DNA of 64,000 bases from Leucoraja ocellata (GCA_036785375.1 JAWMAR010000016.1:7378001-7442000), one strand, 5' to 3'; counted from the stretch's first letter, positions 1 through 14,070 are shown. Notes: generated from the letters alone by a model not told the origin. Translations and numbers: made by a program.

Positions 1-299
1 TCTGTAAAATTGCCCCTAATCTGTAGGGAGTGGGTGAGGAAAGTGGGATAACAGATCTTGTGTGAATGGGTAGGCAAAAATCCTGGAGAAACTCAGCGAG
101 TGAGGCAGCATCTATGGAGCGAAGGAAATAGGTGAAGTTTCGGGTCGAGACCCTTCTTCAGACTGATGTGGGGTGGGGGTGGGGGGGGGGGGGGCAGAGG
201 CTCAAATCCTTCGATGTGCGCAATGATATGCTGTACATGTTTTACAATACTGTGGTTGCAAGTGTCTTTTTTACGCTGTTGTCTGCTGGGGCAACAGCA

Positions 300-743
300 T
301 CAGTGCGCAAAACAACAGGAAGCTGGACAAGGTGGTGAAACGGGCTTGCTCAGTGCTGGAGGGGAGAGTGGACTCTGATGGATGTGCTTGAGAGGTGTAT
401 GAGGCGCAAGGTGCAGGCCATCCTTGACAACTCTGGGCATCCACTCCATGTAATTCTGGAGAGTCAAAAGTGCACTCGGAACAACAACCGGCTCCTCTCC
501 CTGCCCTGTAGAACGGAGCGGTTCAGGAGATCCTTCACCCCTGCAGCCATTAGATTTTATAATACGGGGGATGCTTTTTGGATTTTTAAAAAATGGTTCA
601 TTATTGGTCTTTTTAAGTATTTATTGCTCTCGGGTATTGTCCACATTGTATTTTATGTATTTTCTGTCGGCGTTCATTTTGAATGTGTGGGTTTGTTGGT
701 TGGGGGCTTCTGGACCTGAATTTCCCTGAAGGGATCAATAAAG

Positions 744-745
<2 letters not shown>
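300..745 (+). mobile_element. Rex1/Babar-type LINE 3' fragment
   Basis: ILDNSGHPLH...RLLSLPCRTERFRRSFTPAAIR, then a 3' tail with AATAAA and (TAT)n. Confidence 0.75.

Positions 746-782
<37 letters not shown>
746..782. repeat. (TAT)n microsatellite (LINE tail)
   Basis: Directly visible. Confidence 0.95.
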
Positions 783-1045
783 GGGCAGCGGATGCAATAG
801 ATGAGGTTGGAGGAGCTGCAGGTGAACCCGCACCTGGAAAGACCGCTTGGGTCCTTGAATGGAGTCAAGGGGGAGGTAAAGCAACAAGTGTAGCATTTCC
901 TGCAGTTGCAAGGGAAAGTGCCAGGAGAGGGGGTGGTTTGGGTGGGAAGGGACGAATTGACCAGAGAGTCATGGAGGGAGCGGTCTCTGTGGAAAGCCGA
1001 CAGGGGAGGAGATGGGAAGATGTGGCCAGTGGTGGGATCCTGCTG
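782..1045 (-). mobile_element. Penelope-like element fragment (Cys-rich linker and start of GIY-YIG endonuclease)
   Basis: ORF 674..1081 contains FPSPPLSAFHRDRSLHDSLV...PGTFPCNCRKCYTC...FTCSSSNLIYCIRC, typical of the PLE linker and first GIY-YIG strand; adjacent to a pLTR-like unit. Confidence 0.85.
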
Positions 1046-1214
1046 GTAGACAAAGATGGAGAAAATCATCGGGTGAGGCATAATCTATGGAGCGAAGGAA
1101 TAGGCGACGTTTTGGGTCGAGACCCTTCTTCAGACTGATGTTGGGGGGGGGGGGGGTGCGGGAAAAGGAAAGGAAGAGGCGGGGACAATAAGTTGTGGGA
1201 GAGCTGGGAATGGA

Positions 1215-2770
1215 ATGGGATTCACCATCGTGGAGTTGGCCGGCTTCGGAGCGTGGAGAGCTGTGGTGGCGCGCGGCTGCGACCCGACATCGGAGCTTCG
1301 GAGGCTCCAGCCACAGGCTCGGTGGACGGTGACATCGGGAGCTCGAGGGTCCCTGGTGAGAGACCGCTTTTTGGAGCTTCCGCAACGGCAACTTCTCCCG
1401 CCCGAATTGCGGGGTTGAAAACGACCCGGAGCGGGGCCTTGCATCGCCTGGCGAGGTTTTAACGGCCGCGAGGCTTGCCAGCACCTGCCGGGTCTCCAAC
1501 ATCAAGACCCGGAGCAAGGCCTTAAGTCATCCGGTGCGGCCTTAACGGCCACAGGACTTGCCATCGCCCGCCGGGGGCTTTAACATCGGGAGAAGAATGG
1601 AAAACGGGGGAGAGACAATGACTTTGCCTTCCATCACAGTGAGGAGGAGTATCACTGTGATGGATGTTTGTGTTAGATTCAGATTCAGATTCAGATTCAG
1701 ATTCAATTTTAATTGTCATTGTCAGTGTACAGTACAGAGACAACGAAATGCATTTAGCATCTCCCTTGAAGAGCGACATAGCAAACGATTTTGAATAAAA
1801 ATAAATAAATAATAAGTGTCCGGGGGGGGGGGGGGGTGATTGGCAGTCACCGAGGTACGTTGTTTAGTAGAGTGACAGCGGCCGGAAAGAAGCTGTTCCT
1901 CGACCTGCTGGTTCGGCAACGGAGAGACCTGTAGCGCCTCCCGGATGGTAGGAGGGTAAACAGTCCATGGTTGGGGTGAGAGCAGTCCATGGCGATGCTG
2001 AGCGCCCTCCGCAGACAGCGCTTGCTTTGGACAGACTCAATGGAGGGGAGCGTGGAACCGGTGATGCGTTGGGCAATTTTCACCACCCTCTGCAATGCCT
2101 TCCGGTCGGAGACAGAGCAGTTGCCATACCATACTGTGATGCAGTTGGTAAGGATGCTCTCGATGGTGCAGCGGTAGAAGTTCACCAGGATCTGAGGAGA
2201 CAGATGGACCTTCTTCAGTCTCCTCAGGAAGAAGAGACGCTGATGAGCCTTCTTGATCAGAGTAGAGGTATTGTGGGTCCAAGAGAGGTCATCGGAGATG
2301 TTGACTCCCAGGAACCTGAAGCTAGAAACACGTTCCACCTCCGTCCCGTTAATGTGGATGGGGGTGTGCGTGCCGCCTCTGGACTTCCTGAAGTCTACAA
2401 TGAGCTCCTTGGTCTTAAGGGCCAGGTTGTTGTCAGCGCACCATGCTGCTAAGTGCTGGACCTCCTCCCTGTAGGCCAGCTCATCGTTGTTGCTGATGAG
2501 GCCAATCACCGTTGTATCATCTGCATACTTGATGATGGTGTTAGTACCATGTACAGGTGTGCAGTCATAGGTGAAGAGGGAGTAGAGGAGGGGGCTCAGC
2601 ACACAGCCCTGAGGAACGCCGGTGTTCAGGGTGAGGGTTGAAGAGGTGTGCTTGTCTAACCTCACAGACTGGGGTCTGTTGGTTAATTGTTTGTCTTGGG
2701 TTTTTTTCTTGTTGTAAAACTGCAGAAACCAAATTGAACTTCAAATGACAATAAATGGTATTGTATTGTG
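1215..2770 (+). mobile_element. GC-rich non-autonomous retroelement interrupted by the Rex insertion
   Basis: CpG-rich body (1215-1670) ends in cttccatcacagtgaggaggag...ggatgttt and resumes at about 2685 with the tail atgacaataaatggtattgtattg. Confidence 0.55.
1675..2680 (-). mobile_element. Rex1/Babar LINE, 5'-truncated (RT C-terminal part, ORF 1847..2665), (GAATCT)n tail
   Basis: GVPQGCVLSPLLYSLFT...KYADDTTVIGLI...KAHQRLFFLRRLKK; nested inside the GC-rich element at 1215-2770. Confidence 0.92.
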
Positions 2771-3637
2771 TTCCTGTCGTGACTGGGATAACAGCAACAC
2801 AATTCACTCTGAGCACAAGGTCTGTGGTAGATTGAATCTGGAATTTGTTGTGAACTGACTAAAGAAGGGTCCCGACCTGAAGCGTCATTTATGCATTCCC
2901 TCCGCAGATGCTGCCTGACCCACTGAATTACTCCAGCACTTTTGAGTTTTGCTCAAGAATCCAGCACCTGCTGTTTCTTGTGTTTGTCACAAACTGTGGT
3001 ACCACTTGCAGTGTATGAGATGCATCACACGAGGGTGGTGTTTCCATGCAGTGTATCCAATTCTGTGACTAATTTGCTGTTGCACGGAGTGAATGGGCAA
3101 CATTTTGCTTCATTGCGGCTTTGATTTGCTCCTACTCTAATCAACCTGAGCAAGCTCCTGTCTAATACCATCAAAGTAGGCCATGCCCCAAGTCAGAATT
3201 TTAACTTGTGGGCCCACCATGCCTTTATCCATAACTATTTTAAAGCTGATAAACAGTGGTTACTGGTCCCAATGTCATGAGAGCAGATCAAGCTTGCCCT
3301 CCCCTTTGTAGGACCCTCTACATATACCCTGAGGAAACCTCCCTGAACACATTTGACAAATTCCACTCCGTCTAAGCACTTGGCACTATGACAAACCCAG
3401 TCTATATTGGGAAAGTTAAAATCCCCTACAGTGACAACCTTATTAGTCGTGCAGCTGCCTGCAATCTCCTGGCATATTAGTTCTTATAATTCCTGTTTAC
3501 TATTTAGGGGGGTCTGTAGTACACTCCAACAAGGTGAGCATCCCCCTTTTATAGTTCAGCTGCACCCATACAACCTTCAGTAATGTCATTTTGGACAACC
3601 GCCATGGCATTCTCCTTAAAGCAACATTCTCCTCCCC

Positions 3638-4028
3638 AAATAGACACAAAATGCTGGGGTAGCTCAGCAGGACAAGCAGCATCTCTGGAGAGAAGGAATG
3701 GGTGACGTTTTGGATTGAGACCCTTCTTCAGACCGAGAGTCAGGGGAGAAGGAATCGAGCTATGGAGGGTAAGGTGCGAAAACGACAGATCAAAGGGGAC
3801 AAGGTTGAAGGAAAATGTATTTACCACTTCATTCCCTTTGATATCTCGTTTTCACATCCTAGCCTTCCATATCTCTTGTTTTCCTCTCCCCTGAATCTCA
3901 GTCTGAAGAAAGGTCTCGACACGAAACGTCACCCATTCCCTCTATCCAATGCTGCCTGTCCCGCCGAATTACTCCAGCATTTTGTGTCTTTCTTCGGTGT
4001 AAACCAGCATCTGCAGTTCCTTCCTGCA
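3638..4028. mobile_element. Palindromic Penelope pLTR-derived element
   Basis: Left arm is the reverse complement of the right arm (GACACAAAATGCTGG... / ...CCAGCATTTTGTGTC); hammerhead-like motifs on both strands (3704-3731 -, 3903-3930 +). Confidence 0.75.
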
Positions 4029-6492
4029 CCTCTTCTCTTCACCTCTCTTACCCCCAGGTCTATCTCTCCTGTAGCACCTGTACCCTGAAAGATGAAGCTG
4101 CCAGTCCTGTCCCTTTCTTAGCCAAGTGTCCATAACATCCACAGTCGCACGTACCTATCCATGCCCTGAGTTCATCTGCTTTACCCATCAGGCTTCTTGC
4201 ATTAAAATAAATGCAATCAAATCTGACAATCCTATCTTGCTCCATGCCATGCTCCCGTCTATTCTATCCACTGGCCATTCTTTCATCACCTTCCAGCCTC
4301 TCACCTGCATTGAAATCGACCCCCATACCCCCTTCCTTCTACCAATCTAGTTAAAACCCAACCCTGTAGCAATGAAAGGTTCCCAGTACTGTCAATGTTG
4401 TAGTGCTGTGGAAAGGACATTTTCTTTGTCAAGTTATATTGGGGAAATATTGTTGCATCAGTCACTGCTCTTTCAGTAGATGATCAGTAGGAATCTCTAT
4501 CCTTGTTACTTGTTTTACTGATAGTAAGACAGTAAATCTTACTCTAGTGGTGAGTTTGGGATGTTGCTTTGAGGAATTAATAAGGTGATGACCTGTTGAT
4601 GTATATCAGATTCTGAGAGGTATAAATAGGGTGGATAGTTAAAATATATTTCTTATGGCTGGGCCATCTAAAACAAGAGGGCATAGGTTTAAAGTGAGTG
4701 GCAGGGGATTTAAAGGTGGTCTTGGGGGTAAAGGTTTTTTTTACACGGTGTTTGATATGCGGAACTCACTGCCAGAGCAGGTGGTGGAATCAGATACAGT
4801 CAATATGTTTAAGAGGCATTTAGACAGACACTTAAATAGATAAAGTATGGAAGGTGATGGTCCTAATACAGACAAATGGGATTAGTGTAGATTGGCAAAG
4901 AGGTTTGGCATGGATGTGGGAGGTCAAATTGGCGTGCGATACTAAATGATCGAATGACACAAAGATAGTAATCAAGTTCAAGGGGAAAAGAGATCATCTA
5001 CTTTGATGGGGATACGTGGGGAATGTTGGTGAGCTGGAAAAATCTCATGGAGTTACTCCATTCCCTCTGCACATATCATTCACAGAGGACAGTGAACAAA
5101 GCAGAACTGTCACATCCAAAATGAAAATACTGATACTACTATTACTGTAGTAGTAAGATCGAGACAAATTAGATGCTATTGAGTTTATTAAGGCCAGAAC
5201 CAGTGATGGAGATGCTTATGTGTTGTAGGATTATTTGATCTGGCACTTTCAGAGATGTTCACAGTCACTTATTTGATGTAGGTCGGCATAGGCAAGATGG
5301 GCTGAAAGGCCTCTTTCTCTGCTACATCACTCTATTTGCAGCCAGGCGCCAAAACAAATGCTTAATGACAGTTTAAAGACAGTGGCTGGAAGCAGTAGCT
5401 CTCTGACCCTCGTGGACTGGGTTTGTTTGGTTTGCAGGCCGGCAAGACAAGCTGCTTGGCATATTGGAGGGGGTGAGCAGAATAGCCACGGCATGGAAAC
5501 TCTTTTGAAGAATGTGAAAGCGTTTTGCTCTGGACACAAGCATGAGGTGCAGGCTGGGAGCAAGTCTTGTGTTGGCAATGGCAGCACAATCTCCTTTGCA
5601 GATGCTTCCTAGAGATGCTACAAGTGATTTTGGTCTCCAGAGATGGGACGTTTGCAAGTCACGTGGGTACAACAGTGGCGGACCTTGCTATGGTCACAGC
5701 AGACGCCATGCGGCCTGAACTCCTACTCAGAATGTCCCTCTGTTTTAGTTATCACCGAACAGGGCATATTGCACATGTGCGCAAGCCCCAAAAGAAGGTA
5801 ACTGCATAGGGTGGTCCCCACTTGACCGAGATACCGGCGAGAAAAGGTGAAGAAAAAGTATGGATGGTCTGCCTTTGAAAGACCATTCATGCCCTGAAAT
5901 TGGAAAGCAGTCCGGCAGAGGCAGTCTAAAGGAAGAATATACCATCTGAAGTAGGAAGTGTGGAAATGTTTCTTGAAATGCAGGGATTTGTAGTGATGAC
6001 TGGTGCCGTGTTTGATTGCAAGAGTTGTGTATTACTTGTTGCAATTTTGGACGGACTGATATTGATTCAGATATATTGAAGCCAAGATGCAGAAAAGGAA
6101 GGTGAGATCCATGGTGGTAAGTGACAGGCGCTGCAAACCACTCAGAAAAAACAGCAAACAGTTCAGTCCGAAGAAGGGTCTCAACCCGAAATGTCACCCA
6201 TTCCTTTTCATCAGAGATGCCATTGCCTGTCCCACTGAGTTACTCCAGCTTTTTGTGTCTTTCTTCAGTTTAAACCAGCATCTGCAGTTCCTTCCTACAC
6301 ATTCCTAAACTGTTCAGATCTTGGGTTCAACCCCAGTTTGGTGCCCCATACTCCCAGTTCCCTCTTCCTTTACTTTCTCCTAGTCCAGGCCTAAAGGTCC
6401 CCAGCATTGATTGATTTCTGTTTTCCACAGAGAATCTGGTCAATGTTTCCAGTTTATTTTTGCACTTGTCGTCAGATTTCCAGCCAGATCCA

Positions 6493-6797
6493 TTTAGTTT
6501 AGTTTCATTTATACTGCGCGGAAACAGGCCCTTCGGCCCAACGAGTCCGTGCCAAATTGCGATCCGCGCACATTAATACTATCCTACTCACATGAGGGAC
6601 AGTTTACAATGTTACCAAGTCAATTAGCCTACAAACCTATTTGTCTTTGGAGTGTGGGAGGAAACTGGAGCACTCGGAGAAAACCCATGCCGGGTCACAG
6701 GGAAAACGCACGAACTCCATACACACAGAACTCATAGTCAGGATGGAACCCCGGTCTCTGACGCTGTAAGGCAGCAACTCTACTGCTGCGCCACCCT
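6493..6797 (-). mobile_element. HE1-type tRNA-derived V-SINE
   Basis: Pol III box A/B-like head, V-domain core, CR1-like tail with (CTAAA)n. Confidence 0.8.
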
Positions 6798-7514
6798 GAT
6801 ATGGTGCTCCTGTGGCAAATGTGGCTTTCCCTGTAGCTTACACCCAGTGAGAATCCTGCTGCTTCATTCTCAGCTGTCGCGTGAAAATTCTTAGACACAG
6901 AGCAACTGTAGGGCAATAAAAGCATAATATATGCCGGTGTCTAGCAACCAGCTGAAAGGAAATGTGGAAGTGACAGTGGAAATGGGTATTTATAGGAGGG
7001 GAGATTGATTGTAAATAGTTAACATAGTGCATCCCTGCTGTTCTCCATATCGATGTAAAAAGATAATCCATTCGATTCTACTGATCCCTGAGCCAAACAG
7101 TGTTGAGTATGGACAACTTGTAGGATCTGATACCCGGCAACAGGGTGATTCACCACACTCAGACTTTGCAGAAGGTCAGAAGAAGGGTGTGTGGAATGAA
7201 AGCAGGGAACATCTTGTCTGCAGCCATAAGCAAATGCCACAGTATTGATGCAGGTATCCCAAAAGTGCAGAGAACTGGCAGTGCTGAAAGTTAAAAGTCG
7301 TTTGTAAACGTAACCAAGATGAATAGTCATGCAGTGGATGTGGGAAATTGTTAGATTTAGTCCAATTCCATACAATAAATAAACACATTTTATTTGCATC
7401 TGTCAATTGTTTCAGCAGAAATAAGAGAATAAGGTGTCATTAGGAGTCAAGGCAAGCTGATTTGATTGTCATTCGCACAAGTACAGTGAGATGCAGGTTC
7501 ATGAAAACCTTAAT

Positions 7515-7705
7515 AAAAAGGAATTGCAGATGCTGGTTTATACCAAAGATAGACAGAAGACGATGGAGTAACTCAGCGGGTCAGGCAGCATCTCTGGAGA
7601 GAATGCATGGTTGACATTTCAGGTTGGGACCCTTCTTCAGACCATCTATCCATTTTCTCCAGAGATGCTGCCTGTCCCGCTGAATTACTCCACCATTTTG
7701 TGTCT
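7515..7705. mobile_element. Palindromic pLTR-derived element
   Basis: Same family; inverted arms around a degenerate hammerhead motif. Confidence 0.65.
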
Positions 7706-9796
7706 AACAATGACAATCTTGCTTGTAGCAGCATCGCAGGCACAGAGTCTCAGAGAGCACACAAAAACATAAATGATACTTACATTTATAAATAAGGCAC
7801 TGTGCAGTTTGGGGGGACTGGTTGCCAAAGTCCAGAACTGTCTTGTAGCACAATGTGGCCAATCTGTAGATTAATAAGTTACTTCAGTTACTCATTTGTC
7901 CATTGGTGGGTTACATGCGTATACCTACCTATAGGAAGTCCATTTACTTGCTCAAAGAGTTTCGTACTTGATTGTTGGAACCAATTGCAATGCCCAGCTG
8001 GCAGGGATTGAACTTGAGATGGCTTGTCCAGGTTGTTCATGGAAATGTTAGGCTAGCAGGGATGAGCTAAACATTACACCAGCAATACTGCCCTAATTGG
8101 TGAGTCCCCAGTTATCGGCCACTGTAGTTTAGTTTATTGTCACGTGTATCGAGGTACAGTGAAATTGTTGCGTGCTATCCAGTCAGCAGAAAGACAATAC
8201 ACAATTACAATCGATCCAATTACAGTGTACAGATACATGATTGGGGAATACCTTTCAGTGCAATGTAAAGCCAGCAAAGTCCGATCCAGGAAAGTCTGAG
8301 GTTCACGAAAGAGCTAGATAGTAGCTCAGCACTGCTCACTGGTTGTGGTAGGATGATTCAGTTGCCTGATAACAGCTGGGAAGAAACTGTCCCTGAATCT
8401 GGAGGTGTGCGTTTCCACACTTCTCTACCTGTTACCTAATGGGGGAGGGGAGAACAGTCTATAGATGATAGATAATAGACCGCTTCCAGCATCTCAGCAG
8501 CCGTCTCTCAGTGAAGGCAGACCCTGATGATGAAAGGATGACCAAGGACGGTAGGGCTGTGTGGGAGGCCTGGCTAGTCCGCTGCACAACCGAGAAACCT
8601 GGCTGAAGAGGGAAGCCGCCGAGCCCGGCCCCTGAGCACCAGAGAACCGGAGAGGAGGCTGGAGGGAGTCGGCCATGACAAAGGGCTGGTGAAAGGAACA
8701 GGGCTCTTACCTTCCTCACCCTCAAGGTTGGCTGCAAGCGGCGCCCCTGGGGCTCGAAGGCTGAATGGTGGCCTGGCGAGGAGAGGGCCGATGGCTCGCT
8801 GGGTGATCTGGATGGAGATGACGGCTGCAACAAGACAATGTCAGCTGTAGCTTGGGCTTTGAAAATTGCACCAAACCTGGCGAGTCTTGTATATGGTCTC
8901 AGTCAGTCAGCTATTTCTATACAAGTGGTTTTGATCTGGGATTGTGCTTATGGTATAGTAATAATTTATTAACTGTATGCAAAAAAATTCACTGTACCTT
9001 GCTACATGTGATAATAAAGTAGCATTGAACCATTGAAATCTACCACCACTTTCAAAGAGCAGTGTGTGTGTATGTGTCTCAGTGTGTGTATGTGTGTGCG
9101 CATGCATAGTTAATTTATAGGTGGTAGACAAAAATGCTGCGGGTGCAGCAGCATCTATGGAGAGAAGGAAATAGGCAACGTTTTAGGCTGAAACCTTTTT
9201 TCAGGTTGTATGCAATTCATAGTTGATTTAGTTAATTGAGAAAAATGTATTTGAAGATCGAGACCACATCTGAAATGAAGGTTTTCTACTGGGCTGCCGT
9301 GATCCCTGCCCTGCCCCATGCTTCTGAGACCTGGAATATACACAGCAGGCATCTCAAAACACACATGCTCTGTTATGAATGAATGAATAAGTTTATTGGC
9401 CAACTATTCACATACAAGGAATTTGCCTTGGTGCTCTGCCCGCAAGTGACAAAATGACATGCAGTGACAGTTACGAATGAATTAGCAGGGAATGGGATGG
9501 ATAACAGTTATGGGAAGGAATTAGCAGGGAAACAGTGAAAAAGATTCAAGATTGTACACAAAGCTTCCTTGAGAATACCTGAGAATCCCTGACCCAGAGT
9601 GGAAAAGAAACATTAGGGATGACGTTGAGATCTTGAGGCCATTCATTGGGAGCACATGAATGTCCTGTGTTAGCACGAGCCCCACAAACTACCCAGTCAC
9701 TATTTCCCATAGCCACCTCCTGCCCCATCTGGGGAAGAGTCTCTGGCTCTTACATTGACCTCGAAACCTGCAGAACCAGAATGGAAGCAAACCAAA

Positions 9797-10097
9797 GACT
9801 TTGACTTGAGATGCAGTGTGGAAACAGGCCCTTCGGCCCACCGAGTCTGCGCTGACCAACGATCACTCGTAATAATTTTTGCCATACACACCAGGGACAA
9901 TTTATAATTTACAGAAGCCAATTAACCTACAAATCTGTACGCCTTTGGAGTGTGGGAGGAAACCGGAGCACCCGGAGAAAACCCACATGGTCACGAGAAG
10001 AACGTACACACTCCATACAGACGGTACCCATAGCCAGGATCGAACCTGGGTATCTGGTGCTGTGAGGCACCAACTCTACTGCTGTGCCACCGTGCTA
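9797..10097 (-). mobile_element. HE1-type V-SINE
   Basis: Same architecture as 6493-6797. Confidence 0.8.
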
Positions 10098-10777
10098 CCC
10101 TTCTTGATTCTACTGGACTGCCTGACATAATGTTCGTTTGCATATCAGTTCAGTTTACATTTCCAAATCTGCTGATTTTAACCACAGCTAATTTGTATGT
10201 TCGTACAGATGCTCATGGATCAGCTCTAGGTCTCAAGGGTGAAAGAGCAGAGCCTGACTCATTATTACTGAAGGTTGCACTCTTTCACCTCTGGCTTGTT
10301 GCACCTTATTCAGGGCAACTCCTCCCTTTTTTCCAGGCTTTTATGAGCAACCACTTCACAAAAAACTTTACTGGATCCAAAGTTGGATCACTGTTTTTGT
10401 TTCCTTTCCTAATTCAGGAGACCAACAGGACATTATGATAAACTAGATGCTTGATCAGCACAGAGCCAGTGTTAAACCTGGGCTCTTGTATTATTAGATA
10501 GATACAGCCCAATGGTCATTACATTGCTCTGGATGGAATCCTCAATTAGACTTGCCAAATTGAACTCGTATTTCAGTGATGAAGTAGGTCGGAGATGATT
10601 CTCGATAGAGTTTCACTAGCAACGAGCGTTTGCAGTCCCAGCTTGTCACCAACGGCTATAGACAGGGTTTCTAAAATTGGAATTGGATCATAGACCATAC
10701 ACTCATACACCATGGAAACAGACACTTCAGCCCAACTCTTCCATGGCAACCAAGATACGCCATTTCAGCTAGTCGTA

Positions 10778-11081
10778 TGGCACTGTCCCACTGTATGAGT
10801 TCATTCAAGAGCTCCCGAGTTTGCCCTGATTCGAACTCGGAGATTTACGGTAATGGCCACTCGTAGGTACTTGGGGCTCTCATGGACATTATTCAAAATC
10901 TTCACGAGTCTTCGCGAGCTTACCGCGTTTCCCGAGTACCTGCCGTTAGCGTTACGAGCCACTGAGAAACGTCCCGAGCTCTGACGTACCCACTACGTAC
11001 ATTCTACGTGCTTCCACGAGTTTGATTTTTTTTTAAACTCGGGAGAGCACTTGAATGAACTCGTACAGTGGGACAGGGCCA
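10778..11081. mobile_element. PIF/Harbinger-type MITE
   Basis: TIRs TGGCACTGTCCCACTGTATGAGTTCATTCAAG and its near reverse complement; flanks GTA/TTA. Confidence 0.75.
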
Positions 11082-13020
11082 TTATTCGCCTGCATTTGTC
11101 CCATATCCCACTAAACCGATCCTATCAATGTACCTGTCCAAGTGTCTTTTAAATGCTGTTATTTTAGTTGATTTATAATCATCTCAATGATAAAATAGAA
11201 AATAAAATAGTTGGATCTGCTATATGTATCAATATATCACTGGCCAATGTTGAAGGCTTACTGATAGTATATGTACGCAGAGTAATAAAATGAGAATTAC
11301 GATCTGGGCAAAAGGTTTGTTTGCACAACTCCAAAAAGTTTATTGAATGGATAAACTACCGGAATAGTCCATAAATCACGGCATCACCAGCAAGGTATGT
11401 TCTTTCAGCGATTTATCTCCTATCAGGATCACCTAACTTAGCTTACTGCATCTCAATGGGCCCCATTGTTCAACAATGGAGGATAGAGTTTCTCCATTGG
11501 ACTATAGCAGACTATCTTTGATCAGACTTTACTGGACTTTATTTTGCACTAAATGTTAATCCCTTTATCGTGTATTTGGATGACTCGATTGTAATCACAC
11601 ATTATCTTTCCACTGACTGGTTAACATGCAACAAAGGCTTTTCACTGTACCTCAGTATGTGACAATATCTAAACTAAACTAAACTAAAGATTGCCACTGT
11701 TCTAGACCTACCTGTCCAGGGCCTTCTGATCCCATGGGGGCACTATTCCTCCCTGTCCCCTCCTCATCATTGTTGATCGCATTCACTCAGTAGCAACACT
11801 CCCCAGTAACCTGCAGAGTGTTGCTTGCATCATGGCCTACGTCTTTACGGTCTTCCCCATGGAGATCCCTCCTGCTGGAGATCATTTCCGCAGAACCTGC
11901 AACATGTCTATTGGGAATGGCAGCCGGAATTGACAATGTTGATCTGCAAACCTTGCTCTTGTAGCATCTGTTCTTCTCACTGCTCATACTAACAGCACCC
12001 GAGTGAGTCACAGAGCATGGATTGGTGCCAAGGGCGTGATATAGTACTGGGTGTACTGATTTAAAGCTGGGATGAATAAATTACCTGTCAACACCTGTCT
12101 TCATTTATCAGTTGGAGTTTGCATGCAGTCGGTGAATTAAAAATGCAATGAGCAAGTAGCAAGAGGGTTTGTGTTTTGCAGTAACTAAGGGGCAAAACCG
12201 AGAGGGAGAAGAGCAAAACTAGAGATGGCATCTCCAGACAGTGATACAAAGACTTCTAGAATATTTCAGAGGCTACATTACAGTTATGTTACTCGACTAG
12301 CAACCAGAGTTGTGGACCATTCGTACAGGGTCATGAGCTCATGGCAGCTGGGAAAATAAAGTGAAGTAATTAAGTAGATCTGGATTATTTTTCTTAAGCA
12401 ACGCCCGACTCAACAATATATGTACGGCATCCATTTTACTGAACTGAATAATAATTTCACTGTACCTTGCTAGATGTGATAATGAAGAACCATTACACCA
12501 TTGATTAACCATGATTGTGTCATTTTATCTGAAAGATCACTTTGCTTCATGAATATCCTGGGAAGGAAATCTACCATTCTTGTCTGGTATGGCTCGTAGG
12601 GGCCCATCACATATGACTGACATTTAATTGTTCAGATCAGGGGCAGTAATAAATAATAAATGTTGGTGTTGCTACAAGTGTCCACATCATGCGAATGAAT
12701 AAATAAAGAACATTGCTCAATGTGGCAGTGATCCAGCATGGTCATATTCAGGGTCAACCCACAGTCCTGACTATTCCCATGTACGGCACAATGGATCCTT
12801 CTGGCCAGAGAGAGGGGAAATTAAACTGTGAACCATGGAAGCAAGGAGCCAGGGAATCAATTTGTGACGATCAAGTAGTTCCTGCAGGTACATGAGAAAT
12901 GTAGTTTAGTTTAGTTTAGGGATACAGCGCGGAAACAGGCCCCTCGCCCACTGAATCTGCGCAGCCCAGCGATCCCCGTACACTAGCATTCCCCCACACA
13001 AGCTACATAACCTACAAGCC

Positions 13021-13238
13021 TGTAGGAATGAACTGCAGATGCCTGATTAAACCAAAGATAGACACAAAAAGCTGGAGTATCTAAGCGGGTCAGACAGCAT
13101 CTCTGGAGAAAAGGAATAGGTGACTTTTCGGGTGGAGACCCTCTCAGTCTGAAGATGGGTCTCGGCCTGAAACGTCACTTATTTATTTTCTCCAGAGATG
13201 CTGCCTGACATGCTGAGTTACTCCAGCTTTTTGTGTCA
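13021..13238. mobile_element. Palindromic pLTR-derived element inserted in an HE1 SINE
   Basis: Inverted arms; hammerhead motif at 13149-13176; SINE sequence resumes on both sides. Confidence 0.7.
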
Positions 13239-13437
13239 ACCTACAAACCTGTACGTATTTGGAGTGGGAGGAACTGGAGCACCCGGGGAAGACCAACGCC
13301 ATCCCATTTGTACGTCCGATACAACCCTACATCACACGTCATTCACAACATAACCACACCACATTAAGAGCATTGCTGAAGAAAGTAGACACAATTAATA
13401 GCAATGACCATGACTGGAACCTCTTGAGACAACTAAT

Positions 13438-13730
13438 TTTTAGTTTAATTTAGTTTAGAGATGCAACATTGAAACAGGCCCTTAGGCCCACCCAGTCCGC
13501 ACCAACCATCGATCAGCCCTTCACATCGGTTCTATGTAATCATATGTTCTCATCCACGAAGGGCAATTCACAGGCAATTAACCTGCAAGTCTTTGCAGGA
13601 AACTGGAGCACCTGGTAGAAATCCATGGGGTCTCAGGGAGAGCATGCAAACTCCACATAGATAACACCTGAGGTCAGGATTAAACCCGGGCGTCTGGCAC
13701 TATGAGACTGTGCCAGAGTGCCACTTTGTC
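13438..13730 (-). mobile_element. HE1-type V-SINE (diverged)
   Basis: Core and tail motifs recognisable. Confidence 0.7.
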
Positions 13731-14043
13731 ATTGAGAGAGATGCGAGACTGAAGCAGGAAGCCTCAGTAATCATCATTGCCGAAGGCTTTATCAATTTTT
13801 TGATAGCTGTAAATTGCCCTTAGTATGTAGGCGAGCGTTAGAATTGAGAGAAAGTAAGACACAACTTTTGCATGTGGCTCCCTTTTCAAATGGATTTCTT
13901 TCTCCGTGAGTTAAATGAAAATAGATGTGTTGGGGAGAAAAGATAAGGTGAGGGTTAGGGAAGGCCATGTGTGATTGATGGGACTACTGGTGATGACTGA
14001 GCTGCAGTTTATTTTGGGCTGGTAGTCCTCTCCTCCCTTGCTC

Positions 14044-14070
14044 CCTTATTTGGCGCCTGAGGTATTTTAA
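14044..14070 (+). promoter_or_regulatory. APOBEC2 proximal promoter: CArG box CCTTATTTGG (14044-14053) and TATA-like TATTTTAA (14063-14070)
   Basis: Exact CC(A/T)6GG match about 100 bp upstream of the ATG. APOBEC2 is known to be expressed in striated muscle. Confidence 0.6.

Noticed and set aside
173-193. Functional G-quadruplex at poly(G) runs (also 1143-1155, 1822-1836)
   Set aside because: These runs lie within repeat elements and homopolymer lengths are error-prone; there is no independent support.
969-1517. Long GC-rich ORFs here and at 23339-23832, 49524-50141, 59514-60055
   Set aside because: Open in several frames on both strands because of high GC within repeats; no protein motifs.
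5300-7420. Exons of upstream syntenic genes (e.g. TSPO2, UNC5CL) in unique-looking stretches
   Set aside because: No translation resembled these or any family I recognise; the stretches may be regulatory.
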